From: an uncultured delta proteobacterium | GTDB lineage: Bacteria > Myxococcota_A > Polyangia > Haliangiales > Haliangiaceae | NCBI GenBank assembly: GCA_963743525.1 | Contig: CAVUQH010000004.1 | Coordinates: 512,001 to 576,000, forward strand | Direction: 5' to 3' | DNA: 64,000 nucleotides | In this document: positions 19,125 to 26,977 of the stretch, piece by piece | Position numbering within the stretch: position 1 is the stretch's first letter | Layout of the letters: each line of letters opens with the position of its first letter | Notes under the pieces: model-generated | The model's database searches: none | What the model was told of the DNA's origin: nothing | Seen by the model: only the letters and a program-made list of their open reading frames with translations | Program-made: the position numbers and the translations under genes

Positions 19125-19872
19125 TCCGCGCGGCCAGCTCGGCCCAGATCAGGGCGGCCAGCGCCCACCACAGGCAGATCCACAGCGGGACGCCGCCCAG
19201 CCAGCCCAGGTGGTAGCGGTGCAGCCCGGCGCGGATGTACAGCATCTCGATCAGCGGACCGACGACCAGGAGTGCGAGCCCGACGGCGAGCGCGCGGGCT
19301 GGCGGCCGCGCGGTGGCGACGTGGAGGAGCAGCGCGGCGGCAAAGGGGAGCCACGACCAGAGCGGATCGCTGGCGTGGACGTAGACGAGCTGCCGGGTCG
19401 CGACCACCAGCGCCAGAAGGAAGCCGACGCGCAGCGCGGGTGAGCGCACGCGCGTGCCCGGCAGGTGCAGCTCGTCTCCGGGTGGCGGCAGACCGAGCCG
19501 GCGCCAGGCGAAGACCGTGGCCATGGCGCGAAGGATCAGTCCCCAGTAGAGCAGCATCCACGCCGGGATCGTGGTCAGGTCGGGCCGGTAGACCGGGACC
19601 GTGTAGTCGTAGAGGCGGTGGCGGACAACGCTGTTCCAGTCGTTGAAGCCGCCGACGGCCGTGCACAGGAGGAAGAAGGCGAGCTCGAAGCCCACGCCGT
19701 GTCCGCGCTCGCCGGCCGGCAGGCGCGACCACAGGAGCATCCGCGCGGCCACCACCGCGGGCACCAGGATCGACATCAGCGTCAGCTCGCGCGCCGCCAG
19801 AACGATGCCGGCGCTCACGATGATCAGCGCGCCGACGTCGATCGCCACCGCGCGATCGCCGGTCCGCATCAC
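18991..19872 (-). CDS. Integral membrane protein with two DUF2878-like repeats
   Basis: Two similar halves: GGFNDWNSV...YDY...IPAWMLLYW and GPLIEMLYI...HRY...VPLWICLWW. GTG start overlaps the radical SAM stop. The 3' end overlaps the GNAT gene, so the true end is uncertain. Confidence 0.7.
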   Translation of the reverse strand: MMRTGDRAVAIDVGALIIVSAGIVLAARELTLMSILVPAVVAARMLLWSRLPAGERGHGVGFELAFFLLCTAVGGFNDWNSVVRHRLYDYTVPVYRPDLTTIPAWMLLYWGLILRAMATVFAWRRLGLPPPGDELHLPGTRVRSPALRVGFLLALVVATRQLVYVHASDPLWSWLPFAAALLLHVATARPPARALAVGLALLVVGPLIEMLYIRAGLHRYHLGWLGGVPLWICLWWALAALIWAELAARISRATARGTGARRGGSLRAGRSPSAPSDPTRPGSGSCRSPGRAG

Positions 19873-21091
19873 GACCTGCGCAAGAAACCGGCGACCTCGC
19901 GCAGGAGCGAGGCCGGATGGTGGAGCCCGTCGACGTAGGCGTCGGTCGAGTAGTTCTGCGCCCAGTTGCAGCTGGCGCCGCAGCGGCTCTGGAAGTCGGT
20001 CGGATCGATCTGCCGGGCGGCGTGCTCGTACAGGCTGTCGACGTCGTCGAAGTCGAGCACCGGAATCGCCCGCGGCTCGACCGCGACGCCGCCTTGCACG
20101 GCCACAGGAGCGTGCCGTCGTGGTCGATGTGCGGCTTGAGGGTGTTGCGGCAGTCGATCGGCTCGCCGCCGAGCAAGCGCCGATTCATGCGCAGCGATCC
20201 GACGATCGGCGCACCCGCGCGCTTGCGCGCCAGGATCTCGCCGGCGAGCGCGGCGTAGGCCGGATCGCGGTGCAGCGACGCGTCGACCGACGGTCCGACG
20301 TTGACCGGCACCGGGCAGAAGCCGATGCCCAGGTCGCACGCCAGGTCGAGGACGTCGCGGGCGTGATCGATGGAGCCCGGCTGAATGACGCAGTTGACCA
20401 TCAGGCGAAAGCGCATCGGCCCGGCCAGCCGGCGCAGGACCAGCAGGTTGCGCAGCACCTCGCGCGGCCGGCGGTAGCGCCACATGCGCGCCAGCATCTC
20501 CAGCTCGAGGCCGTCGAGGCTGACGATGACGATGTCGGTGTCGGCCAGCCAGCTCCGCCAGGCCGGATCGGCCAGCCGCCGGTTGACCACGCTGCCGTTG
20601 GTGTTGATGATGATCGGGTAGTAGGCCAGCTCGCGGGCGCGCCGGGCCAGCAGCGGCAGATCCTTGCGCATCGACGGCTCGCCGCCGGCGAAGTAGACCG
20701 ACGGCGTCCGCGTGCGCATCACCTCGAGCAGGCGCAGGCCGCCGCCGGTGTCCAGCGTGCCCGCCCTGGGCAGATCGGGATACTTGTTCCCGCGATGGTC
20801 GTCGCAGTAGCTGCAGGCGAAGTTGCACGCGCGGTGGGTGGTCCAGATGAAGTAGAGCGGCAGCAGATCATGGCGCCCGGCCCGCTCGCGGCGGAGATTG
20901 GTCGCGTAGTTGTGCACGGCGGTGGCGTAGGCGCGGGCGCGGCGCATGGCGAAGGCGGCCCGCGCCTCGGGCGGCGCCAGGTCGAGACCGGCGACCAGCG
21001 CCGCCGCCTCGGCGTCCAGCGCCGCCCAGTCCGGGTGACCGGGGCGCGGCCGGTAGCGGGAGAACGAAGCGACGATCGAGCGCTCAGGCAT
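19869..21091 (-). CDS. Radical SAM protein with Cys-containing C-terminal (Twitch/SPASM-like) extension, one apparent frameshift near 20090
   Basis: CNFACSYC (CxxxCxxC), FAGGEP, NTNG, VSLDG; C-terminal C...WPC...RCGASC completed in a second frame ending FLRRS*. Confidence 0.85.
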
Positions 21092-21701
21092 GGGGCTCCT
21101 CCGCGGCTGCGAGCGCCGCGGTGACGGCGCCCAGGGTCATGGCCGCGAGCACGTCGCGCGTCGGCGCGCGCGATGGCTCGGCGGAAAACAGGTGGCGCAG
21201 GCCGACGCGGATCCACATCGCCAGGAGGCCGTGGACGATCAGATCGATCGCGCCCGGATCGGCGCCGCGCCGCTCGGCCTCGGCGCCGAGCACCTGCCGG
21301 AGCAGGCGCGCGACCGGCGGATTGATGCCGTCGGTCAGCTCGTCCGGCGACAGCCCGGCGGTGCTGCGTTCGAGGTAGCAGCCAACCAGCTCCCGCTCCT
21401 CCTCGAGGAAGCCGAGAAAGGCGTCGGCCGCCGCCCGCACCGCCGCCCGCGCATCGGCCGGCACCCGCGACAGCGCCGCGCCCAACCGCGCGGCCAGCGC
21501 GTCGCCCAGCTCGGCGACGATGACGTCGAGCACCGCGCCCTTGTTATCGAAGTGGACATAGAAGGTGCCGTGAGCGAACCCGGCGGCCCGCGCAATGTCG
21601 CCCGCCCCGGTGGCCGCGAAGCCGTTGGCGGCAAAGCTCTTGCGAGCCGCCGCCACCAGCCGCTCGCGGGTCTGCTGCTTCTGCTCGGCCCTTGATGACA
21701 T
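21084..21701 (-). CDS. TetR-family regulator
   Basis: RAEQKQQTRERLVAAARKSFAANGF...IARAAGFAHGTFYVHFDNK; overlaps the radical SAM start by 8 nt. Confidence 0.9.
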   Translation of the reverse strand: MSSRAEQKQQTRERLVAAARKSFAANGFAATGAGDIARAAGFAHGTFYVHFDNKGAVLDVIVAELGDALAARLGAALSRVPADARAAVRAAADAFLGFLEEERELVGCYLERSTAGLSPDELTDGINPPVARLLRQVLGAEAERRGADPGAIDLIVHGLLAMWIRVGLRHLFSAEPSRAPTRDVLAAMTLGAVTAALAAAEEPHA

Positions 21702-21722
21702 GATGTCAGTGATATCATGTCA
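21696..21722. promoter_or_regulatory. 27-bp near-perfect palindromic operator overlapping the TetR start codon
   Basis: TGACATGATGTCA-G-TGATATCATGTCA (one mismatch), followed by an AT-rich tract. Confidence 0.75.
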
Positions 21723-21865
21723 CCTAAATAATGCAACGATATTATTAACTTGACGATCGACAAGTCGGCGGATTTCGATGATTGGATGCAGTCGCTCGCC
21801 GCCAACACGTCGATCGTCGCGGCGCGTCTGCGCGTGACCATCGCCGGGGAACGCGTGCCCTGAGC

Positions 21866-22372
21866 CTAGCGCTTGCTCGTGCGCCCGGCCTTGCGTTGGC
21901 GTGGCTCGCCCTGGCGTCCGGACGGATCGAGGCGCATGAAGCTTTCGTGCAGGCCCTCGACCAGGCGACCGACTTCCTCGGTCTCACCGTTGTATTCGAT
22001 GACCCGCCACTCGACGTTCTCGGAGATGCTCTCCTGCAGATCCTCGATCCCGTGAGAGGGATCATCGAGAAGCTGGACGACGTTGTAGAGCGCCTGCACC
22101 TGGGCATCCCTGACCACGTCGGTCAGATCGGCCGGGTCGATGCCCTTGTCGAGCATGCGCTTGATCGCGCCGGCGATCGGGTCCTTTGGATCGGCGAAGC
22201 TGGTCGACCATCGATCGTCTTCCTCGATCACGCAGCGCCACAGGCCGCTGAGCAACAGGAAGCGGACCAGCTGCGGGATATCCTCCTTGGCCTCCGACCG
22301 CGCCCACGACTTCGGGTTCTTCGCGCCGAGCTGTTGGAACAGCTCGAGCAAGCGCTCGTATGACATTGCCAT
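21866..22372 (-). CDS. Hypothetical protein
   Basis: Globular-looking 168-aa ORF with normal codon bias and its own TAGCAT box 6 nt upstream. Confidence 0.75.
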   Translation of the reverse strand: MAMSYERLLELFQQLGAKNPKSWARSEAKEDIPQLVRFLLLSGLWRCVIEEDDRWSTSFADPKDPIAGAIKRMLDKGIDPADLTDVVRDAQVQALYNVVQLLDDPSHGIEDLQESISENVEWRVIEYNGETEEVGRLVEGLHESFMRLDPSGRQGEPRQRKAGRTSKR

Positions 22373-22403
22373 GCGGCGATGCTACGCCCCCGGCGGGAGC
22401 ACG

Positions 22404-23564
22404 TCAGCTCTTGCGGCAGTCCGGTTGCGGCGTGCCCGGGCGGGTCATGACCAGCTGGTAGAGCTGCATGTAGCGACAGCGGAAGCCGGCCGCGCACTGC
22501 AAGAGGTAGTAGCGCCACATGCGGTGGAAGCGCTCGTCGTAGCGGGCCGACAGCTCCGGCCAGGCGCGCTCGAAGTTCTCGTACCAGGCCATGCAGGTGC
22601 GGTCGTAGTCGGGGCCGAAGTTGTGCAGGTCTTCCAGCACGAACAGCCCTTCCATGGCGGTCGCGAGCTGGGCCGCGGTGGGCAACAGCGCGTTGGGGAA
22701 GATGTACTTGTGGATCCACGGGTCGATGAGCGTCTTGCTCTCGTTGCCGCCGATGGTGTGCACGAACGCAATGCCGCCCGGGGCCAGGCAGCGGTCGACC
22801 ACCTCCATGTACGTGCGGTAGTTCTTGTAGCCGACGTGCTCCATGATGCCGATGGAGATGACCGCGTCGTAGCTGCCGTGAGCGTCGCGGTAGTCGGCCA
22901 GCTGGATGTCAACCGGCAGGCCGTCGCACCGCTCCCTGGCCAGCGCCACCTGCTCGCGCGACACGGTCAGGCCGGTGACCTCGGCGCCGTAGCGCTCGGC
23001 GGCGAAGCGGGCAAAGCTGCCCCAGCCGCAGCCGAGCTCGAGGATGCGCATCCCCGGCCGGGCGCCGATCTTGCGGCAGACCAGATCGAGCTTGGCCTCC
23101 TGGGCCGCGTCCAGGTCGGCGGCGTCGCGCCAGTAGCCGCAGGTGTAGACCATCCGCGCGTCGAGCATCGCCTCGTACAGATCGTTGCCGATGTCGTAGT
23201 GGCGCTGGCCGACCTCGAAGGCGCGCGCCTTGCTCTGCATGTTGAGCAGGCGCGAGGCGACCACGTAGGCCATCACCAGCGGGTTCTGCTGGACCTTCTC
23301 CTTGAGGCCGTGGCCGACGATGCGGGTGAGGCAGTCGTCCAGCGCCTCGGCATCCCACCAGCCGTCCATGTACGCCTCGCCCAGGCCGATCGAGCCGTCG
23401 CGGATGACCCGCGCCCACAGCCGCGAGTCGTGCACCTGCATGTCGTGGGGCGCCGAGCCGTTGACCTCGATGCCCGACGCCTCCAGCAGCGCGCGAGAGA
23501 TCGTTTCGGCGTGGCGTGAGCCGGCCGAGATGCTGCGAAGAGCCTGTGCGGTTTCGTGGATCAC
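22404..23564 (-). CDS. cfa: Cyclopropane-fatty-acyl-phospholipid synthase-family methyltransferase
   Basis: GLGEAYMDGWW, HYDIGNDLY, MVYTCGYW, LELGCGWG, SIGIMEHVG, WIHKYIFP; GTG 23564 overlaps the upstream stop. Confidence 0.92.
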   Translation of the reverse strand: MIHETAQALRSISAGSRHAETISRALLEASGIEVNGSAPHDMQVHDSRLWARVIRDGSIGLGEAYMDGWWDAEALDDCLTRIVGHGLKEKVQQNPLVMAYVVASRLLNMQSKARAFEVGQRHYDIGNDLYEAMLDARMVYTCGYWRDAADLDAAQEAKLDLVCRKIGARPGMRILELGCGWGSFARFAAERYGAEVTGLTVSREQVALARERCDGLPVDIQLADYRDAHGSYDAVISIGIMEHVGYKNYRTYMEVVDRCLAPGGIAFVHTIGGNESKTLIDPWIHKYIFPNALLPTAAQLATAMEGLFVLEDLHNFGPDYDRTCMAWYENFERAWPELSARYDERFHRMWRYYLLQCAAGFRCRYMQLYQLVMTRPGTPQPDCRKS

Positions 23565-24709
23565 GATGACCTCGCCGAGCGGGTTGCGATGCGGTGGAGG
23601 AGGCGACCGGCGGGCAGCGGCTTGCCGCCGAAGAGCCAGGCGAAGCCGCCGGCAACCAGCGGATCGGTCAACCGGCGGACGGCTGCGCGGGCGACGCCGC
23701 GCGGGCGGTGCTCGTCGCCGCCGCCGCGCAGCGAGGCGCCGGCCTCGCGCGCGGCGTGGAGCACGGTGTAGTCGCGGAAGACCGGGTGCGACGCCAGGCG
23801 GTGACCGTAGTCGGTAGCCGCATCCTCGGCGACGGCGCCGGCCGCGATCCGACCCGACAGCACGCCGGGGAAGATGCCCTCGGCGGTCAGCGGCTGGGCC
23901 AGTCCCAGGGCATCGCCGACCAGCAGCGCGCGGCCCTGCGACGCCCCTTGGAGATGCGCCGGATCGAAGAGGTAGTACGAGTGCCCCTTCATGTGCTCGA
24001 GCTCGGCGTCGGCCTCGCGCGGGACCGCCGCGGCGAAGTGCGCGCGCGCGTCCTGCCAGGCGGCCAGCACCTGTCGCGCGTCCATGGTCCCGCTGCCGAC
24101 GTTGAGCCAGTCGGTCTTGGGAATGTTCCACGAGTAGCCGCGCAGGTCGTCGTGGAGCAGCAGCTGTGGCTCGCCGTCGGCGCCGACGCGGGCGGCCGCG
24201 ATGGCCCCGGGGTCGGCGTGGAGCTCCAGCTCGCGGGCGCCGACCGGACGTCCCGGCCTGGCCGGAAACAGCGACCGCGCCACCGGACAGTGGGTGCCGC
24301 CGGCGCCGATCAACCAGCGGGCGCGAAAGCGACCCTCGATCACCCAGTCGTCGCCGTCGCTGTCGATCGTCTTGACCGGCAGCTGGTGGACGTCGGCGCC
24401 GCTCTGCGCCAGCAACCAGGCGTCGAGCTCGAACCGGCGGATGAACCAGCCGCGCGCGCGGGTGGTGTAGCGGCGGCCGCCGAAGTCAACGTGGCAGCGA
24501 TCCCACGCCCACAGCCCACCGGGATAGTCGGCGGGTCGCAGCTCCAAGGCATCCCAGATCGGCGCGCTCAACCAGCCCGCGCACAGCTTGACCCGAGGAA
24601 AGGTGGCCCGGTCGAGCACCGCGACCCGCAGCCCCGCGCGGACCATCCACCGCGCCGCAGTGCTTCCCGCCGGACCGCCACCAACCACCACCGCGTCATA
24701 CCGTTCCAC
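23561..24709 (-). CDS. Geranylgeranyl-reductase-family FAD oxidoreductase
   Basis: DAVVVGGGPAGS, FPRVKLCAG, IRRFELDAWL, GYSWNIPK, LVGDALGLAQPLTAEGI. Confidence 0.88.
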   Translation of the reverse strand: MERYDAVVVGGGPAGSTAARWMVRAGLRVAVLDRATFPRVKLCAGWLSAPIWDALELRPADYPGGLWAWDRCHVDFGGRRYTTRARGWFIRRFELDAWLLAQSGADVHQLPVKTIDSDGDDWVIEGRFRARWLIGAGGTHCPVARSLFPARPGRPVGARELELHADPGAIAAARVGADGEPQLLLHDDLRGYSWNIPKTDWLNVGSGTMDARQVLAAWQDARAHFAAAVPREADAELEHMKGHSYYLFDPAHLQGASQGRALLVGDALGLAQPLTAEGIFPGVLSGRIAAGAVAEDAATDYGHRLASHPVFRDYTVLHAAREAGASLRGGGDEHRPRGVARAAVRRLTDPLVAGGFAWLFGGKPLPAGRLLHRIATRSARSS

Positions 24710-24952
24710 GATGGCAATCTAGCGCCCCATGTGGCACGCAACAACGCAGCAGAGATCCCGGCACCGAGCGAAGCTGAATCGCGCTTCATTCACGCGACGC
24801 CGCGCGCGTGCCCGCTTACACAGTGAGCCCACACCGAGCGTTTCGATTGTCGACGCGCGTTGCTCAACCGAACACGCCGGTCACACGGGTGACGCCGAAC
24901 CTCCCGACGTTACACGGGTCAACATGGCGTACCTCTTGCTACTCCCGCGCGC

Positions 24953-26032
24953 ATGAGCCACGCATCTCCCCGTCTCGCTCCCGGCGTCGTCACCGGCGAG
25001 GACTACCTGTCGCTGATCGATGCCTGCAAGCGCGGCGGCTATGCCCTGCCCGCGGTCAACATCACCGGCACCAACACCGTCAACGCCGCCATGGAAGCGG
25101 CGGCCGCCCACGGCAGCGACATCATCATCCAGATGTCCAACGGCGGCGCGCAGTTCTTCGCCGGCAAAGGCCTGCCCGACAGCGCCCGCGCCCGCGTGCT
25201 CGGTGCGGTGTCGGCGGCGCGCCACGTGCACCTCCTGGCCGAGGCGTACGGCATCTGCGCGGTGCTGCACACCGACCACGCCAACCGCGGGTTGGTGCCG
25301 TGGGTCAACGCGATGCTCGACGCCGGCGTCAACCACAAGAAGAGCACCGGCAAGCCGCTGTTCAGCTCGCACATGCTCGACCTGTCGGAGGAGCCGATCG
25401 AGGACAACCTGCGCGAGTGCGCCCGCGTCCTCGACCGCATGCGCGGCCTCGACATGAGCCTGGAGATCGAGCTCGGCGTCACCGGCGGCGAAGAGGACGG
25501 CATCGGCTCCGAAGAGTGCGACGCCACCGACCCGCGCCTGTACACCCAGCCGTCCGAGGTGCTGGCGGCGTACGAGGCGCTGTCGCCGATCGGATCGTTC
25601 TCGGTGGCGGCCTCGTTCGGCAACGTCCACGGCGTGTACAAGCCGGGCAACGTGGTGCTGCGGCCGGAGATCCTGCGCGACTCGCAGGCGCTGGTCGCCG
25701 AGCGCCACGGCACCGGACCCAACCCGCTCAACCTGGTGTTCCACGGCGGGTCCGGCTCGGAGAAGGCCAAGATCCGCGAGGCCATCTCCTACGGCGTGTT
25801 CAAGATGAACATCGACACCGACACCCAGTTCGCGTTTGCCAACTCCATCGGCAACTACGTCAAGGAGCACGCCCGCGCCTTCACCTACCAGATCGATCCC
25901 GAGACCGACGCGCCGTACAAGAAGCAGTACGACCCGCGGGTGTGGCTGCGCCACGGCGAGCAGGGGATGATCGCGCGGCTGGCCGAGGCGTTCGCCGACC
26001 TGGGCAGCGCCGGACGATCGCTGGCGCGCTGA
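24953..26032 (+). CDS. fbaA: Class II fructose-bisphosphate aldolase
   Basis: LHTDH, FSSHMLDLSEE, EIELGVTGGEEDG, FGNVHGVYKPGNV, VFHGGSGS, KMNIDTDTQ. Confidence 0.96.
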   Translation: MSHASPRLAPGVVTGEDYLSLIDACKRGGYALPAVNITGTNTVNAAMEAAAAHGSDIIIQMSNGGAQFFAGKGLPDSARARVLGAVSAARHVHLLAEAYGICAVLHTDHANRGLVPWVNAMLDAGVNHKKSTGKPLFSSHMLDLSEEPIEDNLRECARVLDRMRGLDMSLEIELGVTGGEEDGIGSEECDATDPRLYTQPSEVLAAYEALSPIGSFSVAASFGNVHGVYKPGNVVLRPEILRDSQALVAERHGTGPNPLNLVFHGGSGSEKAKIREAISYGVFKMNIDTDTQFAFANSIGNYVKEHARAFTYQIDPETDAPYKKQYDPRVWLRHGEQGMIARLAEAFADLGSAGRSLAR

Positions 26033-26056
26033 GTCCCGACCCGCTACGCTGATGTG

Positions 26057-26579
26057 ATGCTCCATCGCATCGGCCCGCGATCCGACCGACCCGATGGCGT
26101 GGTGGCGCGCCTGTCGGAATGCCACACGCGCATCCGCCGTTTCAGCGCGCTGGCCGCGCGGCTCGCCGACGCCGGGCCGGCGTCCGACGCGGAGATCGCC
26201 GAGGCCGCGCGCGCGGTGATCAGCTACTTCGATCTGGCGCTGCCGCTGCACGCCGCCGACGAGGACCAGTCGATCGCGCCACGACTGGGCCCGGCGCAGG
26301 CGTCCGTGCTGGCCGAGATGAGCCGCACAGCACCAGCGGATCGAGTGGCTGCTCGACGAGCTGATCCCGCGATGGCGCCGCCTGGCCACGACGCCGGCCG
26401 ATCGCGACGCCGACCGATCGCAGCTGAGCGACGGCGCCGCGCGCCTCGACGCCATCTTCGACGCGCACCTCGCGCTGGAGGAAGCGCACGTCTTCCCCGC
26501 GATCGAAGCCCTCCCCGCTGCCGTCCAGGAGCAGATCCTGGACGAGATGACCGCGCGCCGCAGACCGACGCGCGACTGA
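26057..26579 (+). CDS. Hemerythrin-like domain protein, one apparent frameshift near 26327
   Basis: LSECHTRIRRF...YF...LHAADED, then in a shifted frame QHQRIE...HLALEEAHVFP...EMTARR*; TACGCT 6 nt before ATG 26057. Confidence 0.8.
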
Positions 26580-26585
26580 CACCGA

Positions 26586-26840
26586 CTACATGTCGTCGAC
26601 GGCGCCGGCGCCGTCACCCTCGTCGGGCGCCGAGTCACCGTCGTCGTCGGTGGCGCACGGGTTGTCGCCGCACGGGTTCGCGCACGGGTTCGCGCACGGG
26701 TTGTCGCCGCTGCCGCACGGGTTGGTCGCGCACGGGTTGTCGTTGCCGCTCGCCGGCGTGTTCGCCGTCTTCTTGGCGCCGCCGCCGCAGGCAGCCAGAC
26801 CGAGGGACAGCGCGAAGACCAGAGAAAGGATCTTGGACAT
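26586..26840 (-). CDS. Small lipoprotein with six NPC(A/G) repeats and an acidic tail
   Basis: MSKILSLVFALSLGLAAC lipobox; DNPCATNPCGSGDNPCANPCANPCGDNPCAT. Confidence 0.8.
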   Translation of the reverse strand: MSKILSLVFALSLGLAACGGGAKKTANTPASGNDNPCATNPCGSGDNPCANPCANPCGDNPCATDDDGDSAPDEGDGAGAVDDM

Positions 26841-26977
26841 GCGTCGCATCGTACCCCCTGGCGCCAACTCCGGACCCACGGGCCGCACGTATTTTCGGCG
26901 AGTTCGACGACACCTACCCACACAACGGGAAGGCGATGCCGCGAATGCACGTACCATGGGCGCGGGGGATCGCGATC

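Noticed and set aside
19043..21091. 682-aa radical SAM fusion
   Set aside because: Frameshift read-through; the true C-terminus is in another frame and ends at 19869.
26655..26740. Short DNA repeats (GCACGGGTT) as a possible CRISPR or VNTR
   Set aside because: Units are 9-12 bp, in frame and encode NPC peptides; there are no unique spacers or cas genes.
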